Shown here one piece after another: positions 52,564 to 64,000 of a stretch of 64,000 nt of DNA. The DNA comes from Glycera tridactyla (Eukaryota). The notes under the pieces were generated by a model. It worked only from the letters and a program-made list of their open reading frames with translations, did no database searches and was not told the DNA's origin. The stretch's first letter is position 1, and every line of letters starts with the position of its first letter. The position numbers and the translations under genes are program-made. Where the stretch lies: positions 43,400,001 to 43,464,000 of the forward strand of contig OZ286466.1 of the NCBI GenBank assembly GCA_965644265.1, written 5' to 3'.

Positions 52564-52740
52564 CAGTCGAACATGCTCTAAAGACCACCTCTCTATAGAG
52601 ACCACCTCTCTATGAAGACCACCCTGAGCTGCGACCGTGGTAGTACTTTCAACAGTAAATGACCTCTCTATAAAGACAGCTGTCTATAAGGACCACTTTT
52701 TGATGCGACCGAAGGTGGTCTTTATAGACAGGTTTGACTG
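52564..52740. mobile_element. Tc1/mariner-type MITE (subfamily A), 177 bp
   Basis: TA|CAGTCGAACATG ... CAGGTTTGACTG|TG; near-identical to 42377-42553. Confidence 0.92.
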
Positions 52741-53404
52741 TGTAGTAAATGTGGGGAATAAGCTCACACAATAATCCACGAGAAATCGGGTAATAGGTTG
52801 TTCAGTTGGAGAAGACCTATCCCCAATGGAGTCTGGGAAGACTATAGCTCGCTAAGCACAGATCCACAGATGAATCTCTAAGTGCGATCGATCCCGCCCA
52901 AGAGCTCCGATTTCCAAGTCTCAAAAGCTTGCCAACGCCACTTTATCACATCAAATGAGACATTATGCAAAATGACAGTCCTAATATGGAATGATCCCCA
53001 GCTCTTAGCATTAGCATACAAATGAACGATAGCGGGGCTTATAAAATCGCGCAAACTTCCCGTCTTCATGCCTGCTTTAAAATCAGCGATATTTATTATT
53101 TATCATTCTATAAAGTTTACTCTCATGAGATGCCACTATATAAATACTCATTTGAATAAAACAAGTTTCATTAAGATGTCTATGCATGCATAATTTTTTT
53201 CCTAAATCCAACTACAGTTTCAATTAGACTGGTTGAATTAAAATGCGCTATCATCTTGCCATTCTCGATGAATTTGACATTTATCATGCCGAGCATGCTG
53301 CCACGTTTATCTGAGCGATGTACATGAAAAACTGTTTTTTATTCTGCCTTAACAGATTCATTGCCACATTGATATTACTATCAGAAATGACATCATCTTA
53401 AGTG

Positions 53405-53642
53405 CAGTGTTGCTTCTGAGGTATGGCTGAAGTGAGACATTTGTCTCGCCACGAAGTGAGACATTTGTCTCGCCACTATTCAAAATATGAGACAATTTAC
53501 ACAAATATGGAACAAATGTTAAGAGTGCTTGTTCTGGGGTGGGACTGAAGCGAGGCATTTGTCTCGCTAACTCTTGAAATGCGAGACATTACACTAAAAT
53601 GTGAGACAAATGTCTCACAATCTCCCCTGATATCCAACACTG
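53405..53642. mobile_element. hAT-like MITE, 238 bp, CAGTGTTG termini, probable 6-bp TSD
   Basis: CAGTGTTG ... CAACACTG; repeated palindromic GAGACATTTGTCTC; flanks TAAGTG / TGAGTG after removing the adjacent insertion; a second copy lies at 55951-56139. Confidence 0.75.
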
Positions 53643-53646
53643 TGAG

Positions 53647-53868
53647 CAGGGCTCTACGCTAATGGTTGCCCTACTGGCACAGGCAGGCAGATTTGATGTT
53701 AGGGCAGGTGATTTTCAAAATCTGCCTGCCCTATGGGCAGGCGCCAAATCATTATTTGGGCTATTATTATATGCAGGAGGGCAGGTGAAAATGACAGGGA
53801 GGGCAGGCAAAAATCCTAATTCACCTGCTCAAAGGACAGCTGAAGAAAAAAATTAGTGTGGAGCCCTG
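53647..53868. mobile_element. hAT-like MITE, 222 bp, 5-bp TSD (GTGAG)
   Basis: GTGAG|CAGGGCTCTACGCTAA ... TTAGTGTGGAGCCCTG|GTGAG, TIR 14/16 matches; internal GGGCAGG repeats. Confidence 0.85.
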
Positions 53869-55950
53869 GTGAGTGTCTACGATTTCATAAATCTTCACCT
53901 TCCACTGGGGGACCTCGCAAGGAGGAGTCTTGGATGATCTCATGCATGCATGGTGCATTTCGCAACTCAGGGTTTTACACCATTGTCTTCATTTTCTATT
54001 GATGTACCGCCAGCCTGTCACAATGCATCATATGTATATTATGGAATTCAGGTGGAGAAAGAGAAGCCACATCATCATCTGCAAATAAATGAGACTATAG
54101 CTAGGCTAGGTGTGGATAAGCTGAGGAGATTAAGTCTGACAGACAGCTTTAGGATTCTATTAATCCCAACAGACAACATGGACAGGATGATAATCAGCGG
54201 GTGCTGAGGGCACGGTAGCTGCCCCGGTGTCACCAACAGCTGGAATTTCCATTATCATTCCTGCAACCTGCAATTAGACCACCTTCAATGAAAGACCACC
54301 ATGCTTCTTGATGAGTTTCAGGTAGAATATATCAGAAATCAAGTCTTTTTCCAAAACTAATTTTCACAATTTTGAAGGGATTCCCAAGTCTATATCAAGC
54401 AATCACTAGCTAGGAAGAAAATCAAGCATTTGATCTAAGAATTATCCTATCTTCCAACCCAGTCGGTACTGGTGTTGTGAACTTAAGATCATCTTATACA
54501 CAAGTTCTATGAATCATAGAGTTGATCATTTCACATGTGGACTGGCATATCACCAACAGCAGGATAAGCATGTTTCCGCTCAAAACATCGCTACCAAATT
54601 TCTTAATGTCGTTGGTAGAGATCAACTAAAACTATGACAACGAACCTCAAATCAATACCTTCAGATCATTATTCTGACATATTCTACGAAACAGTGATGA
54701 AGTATTTGGTACAAAATGGGCTGGAATTTACTGGATTCATCCCCCACTTGAACCACATTGGTATACTGAATGAGTTTAGGCCTCATCTGTTGTGGGCAAC
54801 CGGAGATTGCTGAAGTTTGCAAGTAGGTCCCCGGGGTATCTTTCACACACTCTTCCACCACTCCAGCTCCCATCAGATGAGGGTGCCGCTGGGGGGCCCA
54901 CAAGCCAGAGGGGGCCAAATAAAAACACCTGTTCTCATCTGTTTGGTAATACACACTAATTGCCCCCAACCAACCTAACGGCACATTTTTCCCTCTTCAC
55001 CTTTTTTCGTTTCTTCTTCTTCCCACCACTGCTGCCCAACAAATATTTCGCCCCCACACTACGAAGCTGCAAATGGAACCACCTGCTCCTATGGCACCTC
55101 GGAAATAGAAACCGCAGCAGGGTTCAGCAATAGGGGTGTTTGTACCCTAGCCAAGTATTATCACCCTAGGCCCTGCTCAGGGGTGGTAATCTAACAGCGA
55201 TGATGATCTGAGATGAAGGGATAAGCTGGGAAGTGAAGGGGGATTTGAAAGTGGGATTCCAGGGGATTTGAAAGTGGGATTCGGCTAGAGGCAATATCAT
55301 AATCCTCAACCCATCAATCAAATACAACTCTCCATTCAGGTATAGGCTGGAGTTTTCCGTGCTCATTGTGCATTCCTGGCTATTGCTGTAGTACAATTTG
55401 ACCATCAGACATGGATAATTCCATCCTTAGCATCCATCCTTTTTCCCAATTGTTGTAAGCATCATGTTCAACCCAACAACCTGTTCTGTGGTCCCAGTAT
55501 CAGGATGAATCAACATCAATGCAAGTTTTTCTACTTTGCTCCAAGCTCCAGGAATTTCATTGGATTCAGAACCTGAAATACAAATTTCAAATATTGGTGA
55601 TCATAGCAACAAAATGACTAGCCCAATACTGTTCCCGTGATGAAAGGGAAATTGGTTATTAAAGGCGAGCACATATCCATGCATGTTATGCTCAAGATTC
55701 ATCCAGTGTCCAAAGATCCATGCCATCAGGACATTCTTCAGGAGATAGCGATATTTAACATGAATCTTCCACATTTGATGAGTGCTGGCTCAATGTATGG
55801 AAGACAGTCACATACAACACAACTTTCAGAAGGTCACCATCACAGGAAGGTCTTGAAATCAAACACAAATTTGGGGAAAATCAATGCTGTGTGACAGTAG
55901 CTGAAATACAGGATATCACCATTAAGTGAAAACATACAAGAAACGGAACA

Positions 55951-56168
55951 GGTATGGCTGAAATGAGACATTTGTCTCACCACAAATCAAAATATGAGTC
56001 AATTTACACAAAATGGAACAAATGTTACAAGTGCTTGCTCTGGGGTGGTACTGAAGCAAGACATTTGTCTCACTACTTCTTAAAATGTGGGAAATTGCAC
56101 TCAAATTTGTCTCACAATCTCCCCTGATATCCAACACTGGAACACACTTCCACTGATATCCAACACTG
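55951..56168. mobile_element. Second, 5'-eroded copy of the 53405 element with a 29-bp duplication of its right end
   Basis: Colinear similarity to 53420-53642; CTGATATCCAACACTGGAACACACTTCCA present twice. Confidence 0.8.
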
Positions 56169-57292
56169 GAACACACTTCCAGCTTTCCAAGCATTTTCTG
56201 ATGCATTGGGGGAACTGAAGCTGCAACATCTGATAATGAAATATGTACACATAATCCCAGATGAAATTGGGGTTAAAGTTAGCAATGAACTCCTGCAATC
56301 ACCTTGTGTAGTTGGAACCTAACAAGCTTGGAATATAGACAGTGTAAAAGTTGCATCAACGCTGGCCCCTTTAAGAGAATCTCACTGCAGACACTCTCAC
56401 GCGGACCAGATTGGACGAGCGGCATGCGGAATCCACCGCCACACACACCTTCTAGATGAATACACAATTCAATGGGCTTTACTCACTTCAGTTGGCGCTG
56501 GGCATCATTTTGGCAATCCGCTACCGATATTATTATCCACTTGGCAGCCGTGTATTCAATTATTGGATAATCCTTCGAATATCCACCGTTAGTGGGTGAG
56601 CAGAGGATGCAGACTACACCTCTGTTTAGTAGGGTATATGTTCTACGTTCTGTTGGCGAGCGAGCTGCCTGGGTGAGCGGCCCCTTAGCACATTGTGAAC
56701 AAGGTCAACACAGCAAGCAGGAGGGGCTGGCAACAATCCAGTTTCGGCAGCATTCCCTAATTGTGAGCATCAGGTGTCCAACACCCCGATGATTGTAAAT
56801 GACCCGGTCATTATCGTAGCACTGGACGTTACACCTGATTTAGCGACACAGAGGCCTGGTGGCAGGTGAGGTAAATGGGATGACAGCTCCTATCTCTCTG
56901 CAGGCGGCCCCGATGTGAGCAGATCAGAGGTGTTGTTTTGATTGGTGAAGGTGCTAGGGGGCTTGTTGTGTGAGCTCACGCCACGGGAGCATGTTATGGG
57001 TGCAGTATGGATCATCAGGCCTTCATTCAACTTCACAACCCCATCTTCTCCTGCAACACCATCTTCAACTGGCATTCCTAAAATACACTCTCCTCCGAAT
57101 CAAATATAATGTAAATGAAGCTTCGGTCAGTCATTCCACATTCATACATCATCTAGGATGTACCAAGTTGCAGCACAGTTATCATAAAACTCCGAAGAAA
57201 ATGCCAAGATCTATACAGTGAAATAGAATAAAGTCTGAGAAATTGAAGTGAGTGCACCTATAGCATCACTTGTCTTCTCCTCATCATTGGGT

Positions 57293-57325
57293 GATGCTGC
57301 TGCTGCTGATGCTGCTGCTGCAGCG
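57293..57325. repeat. (GCT)n trinucleotide tract
   Basis: GATGCTGCTGCTGCTGATGCTGCTGCTGCAGCG. Confidence 0.85.
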
Positions 57326-59473
57326 GTTGCTAAAGGAAAGCCAGCGGCATCTTCCCATCCATCAGATCGCATCTCTCACGGCTTGATCTTCCTTCCTTCC
57401 CTCTAGCGACAGATTTCTTCGGGGCATTTGCAGCTGGCTTGTAAAACATCCTGATCTGATGCCACCTACTGTGAAGAACCTCAATCATCATTGTAACCGC
57501 TTCGTTCCATTTTAACTCACAGTAGGGGTCCCATATCACCAAAAAATAGCCATGAGCCGGTAGGCCTGCCATACAGCCAAGCCTGCCACATAAAATATGA
57601 GGCCAGCTCAGGATCTAGTATCCTAACATCTGGGTTAACACTCAATAGTAGCAAAATAGTCATAGGCTAATACTTCTGCCATCTGGCTAAAGATATCCAC
57701 TCATCTTTAGCCATTCTTTGTATCATCAGCCACACCAATTCCTGCAATGGTGGATGCCGTCTGAGCTCTCTGCTTCAGTGTAGGTATGAAATGACTGAAT
57801 TCAGTCCCAATTACAAGTCATTTCTGTACGCAGATGATGAGATAACCATGGCAGTTTCCAGTCTTCAGTGCATTGGGTTAATCTGTGGGGGCATAGGAGC
57901 AATCAGTGAGGCCTAATGCAATGTGAATGACTGTTCTAACCAACCAAGCCTAATGTTTTCATCAACTACTAATGAGCTAACTGGTAATTACCTGATAACT
58001 ATGAAGCAGAATTGCCCATTTATACACAGGAACATTTCAGTAAACTGCCAATGGGACTAAAGAGGATTCATGAGCCAAGGTAGGATTTCATTTCATTTCT
58101 TTCTATAAATTCAAATCTCTTTATCATTTTTTTTTTTTTTTGGGGGGGGGGGGGGGGGGGCTACTGCGACATACAGCACCTGATCATATTTCTCACAGTG
58201 TACCTTCAGCTAGGATGAAACAGGGACATCATAATGGTGTAGACATGATCAAAATTCACAACAAACACCAAGGAAGAGTGTGGGAAATGACGGTGTTGAA
58301 ATACGGCTGAGAGTTGGTTGAGAGCTCCTGAGAGCTAAGAGTCTGGCCCAGGGGTGCTGTACTCGTGAGTGGCCCAATGTTTGCTACTCTTTCAACATCA
58401 CCTCAAGATATCCACAATATTCTAACCGCCTTTCATTTATACTCATTGGATCCTGCTCATTGGCGAATAGTACTTTCTTTAACTTTCCTGAAATGTGTGT
58501 TCTTGCCCATCATATATTTTTATTTAAGTTATGTTTTGTAGCTATGTAAACATATGAATTGACAAGTCAGATTCTAACCTATTTTCAACATAACCTAATC
58601 ACATAAAAAGATGAGATGCTTTCCGGTAAAAACTCTCACATAATTTCAGGGATGATAAAACTAGTTTATCCGCAATCTTGGCAATATTCGCAATAAATTT
58701 AAAGAAAACGTTGGGATTTTTTAGGCAATGTCATACATAGTACATCAAATGTTTATTATGAAGGTCGGCGACAGTAAATGACTGAAGTGCTATGCACTAA
58801 ACATCGTGATCCATAATTTTTTTCCCTGGTTCACACAGACCGGGATAAATGAGAATATTGGCAGCAGAATTCCTATTCATCGCACAATGAACTTGTAGAA
58901 ATATCCATTATTCAGCCTATATTTGGGACGGCCTAAATTGTGCAAAATAGAGATTCAGCTCCAAATATTTTGAGCCATGCATGTGGGAGAGAAACGTGTG
59001 AATGGTTGAAGGGCAATGCAGAAGGCAGACATACGATACACAACCTCAACGAGTTGGTCAACACAACCAGTCGTAGTTCAACAAAACTGGGGACAAAAGC
59101 AGGACAAAACCTCGCCTCGTTGGAAGCTCATTAGTACGAGAATCAGGTGTAGGAAACATACGCCAGGTACACAGGCAAGTGTAAAGAAGGGATCAACTTA
59201 CAACGCCAACCAGCTCACGTAATATCAGGCGAATCAATAACAAATAAAGAGGTCACCTCATGGACAAGGAGCTGTTTTAAAAGCGGCAATATGTAAAGGG
59301 CCTGAATGGAGCACTTGTATTCACAACTTTAAGTACCTTATGCATTATTTGTGAGGGATAAATATTATTTATATGGGAATGCTATCTGCCTTGTGACTAC
59401 ATTAAAATTATAGATGAAACCCATAGTGTGCCAATAAAGGAAGGACTCCCTCTTCCTGAGAGTCTCCATGGTA

Positions 59474-59632
59474 CAGTCGAACCTGTCTATGAAGTTCACC
59501 TTAGGTCGCATCAAAAAGTGGCCTATATAGGCAGGTGGCCTTTATGGAGAGGTCATTTACTGTTGAGATTGATATCAAGGTCACAGCTCAGGGTGGCCTT
59601 TTAGAGGTGGGTCTCTCAAGCAGGTTTGACTG
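59474..59632. mobile_element. Tc1/mariner-type MITE (subfamily A), 159 bp, reverse orientation
   Basis: TA|CAGTCGAACCTG ... CAGGTTTGACTG|TA. Confidence 0.9.
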
Positions 59633-59905
59633 TATCTGAGATGTTTGGGATTCCTCACACATCTCAAGGTGATTCATGCACGCATGCACGCGCACGTGCA
59701 CACACACACACATGTACCTGCTAATCGGAGAACATGTTCGACATCTAGTGATACCAGTGATCCGATTCCCCAGTATCGCACTTATCCAAGGCTAATTATC
59801 AACTGCTATCACTGTTTTATCGCCAAGAACCACTGGGACACAAGGATCTGGATTCTCAAGCAGCCCCCACAAACATGCTGACCTCCCAAGGGCCCTTCTC
59901 GCTAC

Positions 59906-60062
59906 TTACGAACCTGCTTGAGAGATCACTACTGTACAAAGGCCAACCTGAGTTAAGAACATCATAGTATTTATTGCCGTAGATGACCTCTCTATGAAGG
60001 CCACCTGCCTACAAAGGACAGTCTTGATGAGACCAAAGGTGGCTTTCGTAGACAGGTTCGAT
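59906..60062. mobile_element. Degenerate Tc1/mariner-type MITE (subfamily A)
   Basis: CGAACCTGCTTGAGAGA ... GGTGGCTTTCGTAGACAGGTTCGA; terminal bases eroded. Confidence 0.7.
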
Positions 60063-61291
60063 CATAACTTACTTCAAATAATTCTTCTGAGTAGTGAGGC
60101 CAGTGATTTTAAAAAATCTAAACCTTAACTAATCAAAATATATATTTTGCATACTTGTGAGTATTAGGCACTATATAGCACACTGCCTTCACAATATTTG
60201 CAGGGAAGAAATCAGTGTTCACAATAAGACTGAACAGTTGAACCAAGCCCAAAGCCTTTTGTTCCAGATTAGGTTTGTTTCTGGTTCACAATTTCAATTC
60301 AAGATTCATAATCTACAATTTCAAAGGAAATTTGTGTGCAGTTCCTGGAACTGCGGTCTTCGAGTACCAATCACTACCCAGTATGCCGAGCTGAATAACA
60401 GAAATTCATCCTGGCAGAGAATGGAGGACATCACGAAGAGTGCTGGCAGTATTATCTATTCACTCACAACACAAAATGTTTTAGAAATGTGCGCCGATTA
60501 ACTTGCCATTCCTCTTTGTAATAACAACCCCTCAATAAAATAAATCTTCTCATGTAAAACATGGCCATATTTTTATTTAAATATGCTTGTATTGCGTATT
60601 ATCCTCTCACAATTACTCAATTATTAACAGAAAACTTTTTGTCGGTGGCTAGTACTGCATTTCAAAGCATACAAAACCCACGCTAAAACCGGAAAATCCA
60701 CAAAGCACGAAAAGGCATCATTCACAATCCTCACAAAAGACGGTGACTTTTTCACTCCCACCAAATACGGGAAACCGCTAGGAAAAACCTAGAATACTAG
60801 GACGTGCATCTAGAGCAACAAATATTTGAAATTTAATCGGGGATCTGGATGAGCTGGAGCGACTGCCGACAGGTGGGCGGAGAGTATGGAGGATACCAGA
60901 GATCGGATTATATATCGTGTAACGCATAAAACAGGCCCTATCACCAGATACCCCACAATGCTTGACTTAATTGGCGCTATCCTCTGCATATATCCCTATA
61001 TCATATCCAGCTCACATGTCCCGAGCAGAGCTCTCAACAATGTCGATTTTCAATGCAACTCTCATGTTCCAAAAAACCTCAACAAACTCTGCCAGTGAAA
61101 AAAACAACTCACAATCCAATCTCAACCTCTTTTTCATTACTCATTTCAATAGTTCCTAGCCGAAGTGACTTTGCCTAGTTTTGCATTTATCAACCAATTT
61201 GAAAGGTATTTATTTGGGAATAAAGAGATAACCTATCCTGAAAATAAAACCCATCATGTTGACTCTTTACCTGTTATCACTGATACAAATA

Positions 61292-61385
61292 CAGTCGAAC
61301 CTCGTCTAAAGACAACCTCTCTATATGACCACCTAAGGCCACTTTTTATGTGACCGAAGGTGGTCAATATAGAGAGGTTTGACTG
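61292..61385. mobile_element. Tc1/mariner-type MITE (subfamily A, internally deleted), 94 bp
   Basis: TA|CAGTCGAACCTC ... GAGGTTTGACTG|TA. Confidence 0.9.
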
Positions 61386-62443
61386 TATCAGTGAAATTTA
61401 GTTATCATGAGTCAAAGAAAGTGAAGGAATAAATACACTTATCTTGAAATTAGAAACAGTAGACAATCTAAATTCAATCTGATGTCACATACCTGCAACA
61501 AAAAGAAGAACAAACACACGTTATTCAACCTTGTCAAATACCTTATTACAATCAAGGGAAGTGAAGCTTGACCCTTTAAAAGCCAATTTAACCAATGTGC
61601 AATAATTTCTACAGCCAAAAAAAGATTTACCAGCACACCATGCTTTCATACTGGCCCCATCTGTAGGTGTTTCAGACAACATGTACTAGATCTCACATAT
61701 GATCCATGCATCTCAATTGAGATGCATAGTGATTTTCATGACTGAATATAGTCTCAAAGCATCCTAAGGCATGCTAAGTAGCACACACAGTGCCTACCAA
61801 CAAACCCTATACCCATATTATAATCTCAATATATTCCTACAAATAAGAAAGGGTGTCTGAAGTGGAAAAAAGTCTGCAACATAGACCTGCATTGTGACTT
61901 TTTCAGCATTCCTCTGAACCAGATTACCCATGTCAATTTCATGCTTGGCTAATGATACGAGATACCTGGCCATATATTAGCTAGGTGCCACCGGATAAAT
62001 ACAAATCCAGCCCACTTATTATTGAAAAAGTTTTTATGGAATTCACTGATGAAAGCATGCCACTATCTACAGTAGCAACTACTGAAAGAAACTGTCAATC
62101 TTCTCCTGATCATGAAATTTTCATCAGATCCTGTGACCATTTACAAGTCCTCTGAACATATTCTGAAATATAAAATTATACAACTTTGATATTATACAAC
62201 CACTGGTACAACCAATGTAAATGTCAATTTTCTCATAAAGATTACTTTTTTTCAGGGATATCGAGACTTCATGCCCTATGCTAAAAGCTAGAAAAATTTG
62301 GATACGGGTACATTCGAAAAAATATGGTGTTAAAAGTCATACAAATACATTGATATTCGATTAGGAAATCTTTTTTTTTTTCTTTTTTTTTTTGAAAACC
62401 TCAGATGTAAAAGCTCACTGTTTTATCCACTACACCTTAGGAC

Positions 62444-62717
62444 AGAAATAAACAATCTGTATCGATCCCCGGGGACAGACAAGCTGTCCAGCCCGAGGGA
62501 TGGCGATTTTGGTTTGGGCCGAGGCTTTGCCGAGGCCCGAACAAAAAATTGGCGTCCCAAGGGCAGGACAGCAAGTCTGTCCACGGGGATCGATATAGAT
62601 TGTTTTTCTCACACCATATGATACAAAAAACAAAATTTTGGACAAGTCATCAAAATCTTATCTCCCATGGGAGGGATGGATAATCTTATCTCCCACCCCC
62701 TGGTGGCGTGAGAAATA
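62444..62717. mobile_element. Palindromic non-autonomous element (double fold-back)
   Basis: Imperfect ~77-bp arms 62444-62520 and 62534-62609 around GAGGCTTTGCCGA; second inverted pair TTTCTCACACC (~62605) / GGCGTGAGAAA (~62705). Superfamily (possibly Crypton-like) is inference only. Confidence 0.7.
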
Positions 62718-62837
62718 CAGTACAACCTCTTTTGGGAGACCAGCTCATCTCATTGGAGGTATATTTGATTACAAATAGAAAAGTGCAAAAGACAAGCAGT
62801 CTCTCAAAGGAGGGGTCTCTCAAAAGAGGTTCCACTT
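62718..62837. mobile_element. Tc1/mariner-type MITE (subfamily B), 120 bp
   Basis: TA|CAGTACAACCTCTTTTGGGAGACC ... GGTCTCTCAAAAGAGGTTCCACTT|TA; internal CATTGGAGGTATATTTGA. Confidence 0.8.
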
Positions 62838-64000
62838 TACTTTTATATGCTATATCAGGGATGAACAGGTCATATATTCTATTTCCAATTCCATATAACA
62901 TATCCTTGATGCTGTACATGGAGGTTGGTAGACACTGAGCAATATCAATTTCACCATATTAACAGATAATTTGATGAGCAGCTAAATGCCTATTACTCCC
63001 GCTCACAGGTCAGCTCGGGACATTTTTTGCTTGAATGAATTAAGATCGGATATGATTTTCCCACACATCTAATAGATCACCACAAACTGCCATTTGTAAT
63101 ACATGACCTGTCATCCTAACCCACTCTATCTTATGGCTAGATAAATGTTTACTCCCTTCTTTCATTTCTCATATTTAGCTCAACTAATAGCCCATAATCT
63201 CCCACAAAAACAGCAAAATACTGGGAGAGTCTATCATCTCCCCCATTGGAAACTGCAGCAGAAAATCTGTAAGAGTTTAGCAATAAAGATAAAGTAACTA
63301 AGAGTGATTTCAGAACACAACGCCCTTGAGAACATATAATTGTTCGATCAGTATTCCCAATCAAAAAGGCTAAAAATTAGGAATAATTGTGAGAGAAAAT
63401 ATGTCATTTTTCATGAAGCTCACCCCGTGTGCATTTGCATGTGCACACATGTGATTATAAACCCAGAACATGATGAAGAGAAACTCCAACATGTCAATCT
63501 AAACAAATTTCTAAGTGTTTTCTAGTGGTTTCTGTGACACCATAAACACAATCATTCAGACATTTCCACTTCCCGGCAAGTTTCTCTCATGAATAGAATT
63601 TGTACTAACCTTAGAAAAAACCCACCAACCATACTTTAACGCAATGCACTCATTCATCAAATGAAGGGCAGGCATAATTGAATGTGAATGAGGAATGTAA
63701 ATAGCAGACTATTTTCACCAAACCAGACAGCTGTAATTATGAAAACTAGCTATTAAAATACTAACCTTTCAGGGCATGAGATCATCATAACAGAATTACC
63801 CATCCTAGATCCAACAGGTCGGGATTCAAATGTCGAATAAAAAGCAGGTATTCTATTTGCTACATGGAGAATTAACATAGTATACTGTACCCACCATGCA
63901 CTCAGAATCTGTACTGTACTACATCATATCAAGATGGTTCGAAGTTCAGACAGTTGTGGCATCGATAATTTGTTGGGAGTATGGTCAGCTGCATTTGTCC

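Noticed and set aside
1-64000. ORF track as a gene set; any prokaryotic operon, defence system or CRISPR array
   Set aside because: ORFs are short, overlap on both strands, often span N-gaps or microsatellites, and none shows a recognisable domain. No repeat-spacer array is present.

Overview
This is eukaryotic, animal-type draft-assembly DNA, roughly 40% GC by eye; an invertebrate origin is my inference from the repeat content. It has seven N-gaps and many (GT)n, (CA)n, GA-rich and poly-G/C tracts. I found no prokaryotic operon, CRISPR array, rRNA or intact tRNA. No ORF in the supplied six-frame track is a recognisable protein; most come from microsatellites, gaps, transposon remnants or chance. 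The best-supported content is a dense set of short non-autonomous DNA transposons (MITEs). (i) There are at least ten complete and several partial TA-flanked Tc1/mariner/pogo-type elements with CAGT(C/G/A)RAACCT-like ends. (ii) Four hAT-like elements with CAGGG or CAGTG ends have 6-bp or 5-bp target-site duplications (TSDs) instead of the canonical 8 bp; two of them are nested in or against another element. (iii) One is a long palindromic element at 62.4-62.7 kb. Other structures are a perfect 24-bp-stem hairpin at 41.2 kb, a 12 x 21-bp minisatellite at 39.1 kb, and a chain of four frame-preserving candidate exons on the minus strand (26.4 to 16.7 kb) whose protein I cannot identify. I cannot support a new multi-gene system here. 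The most unusual, checkable signals are the short-TSD hAT-like MITEs, the hairpin and the candidate exon chain.
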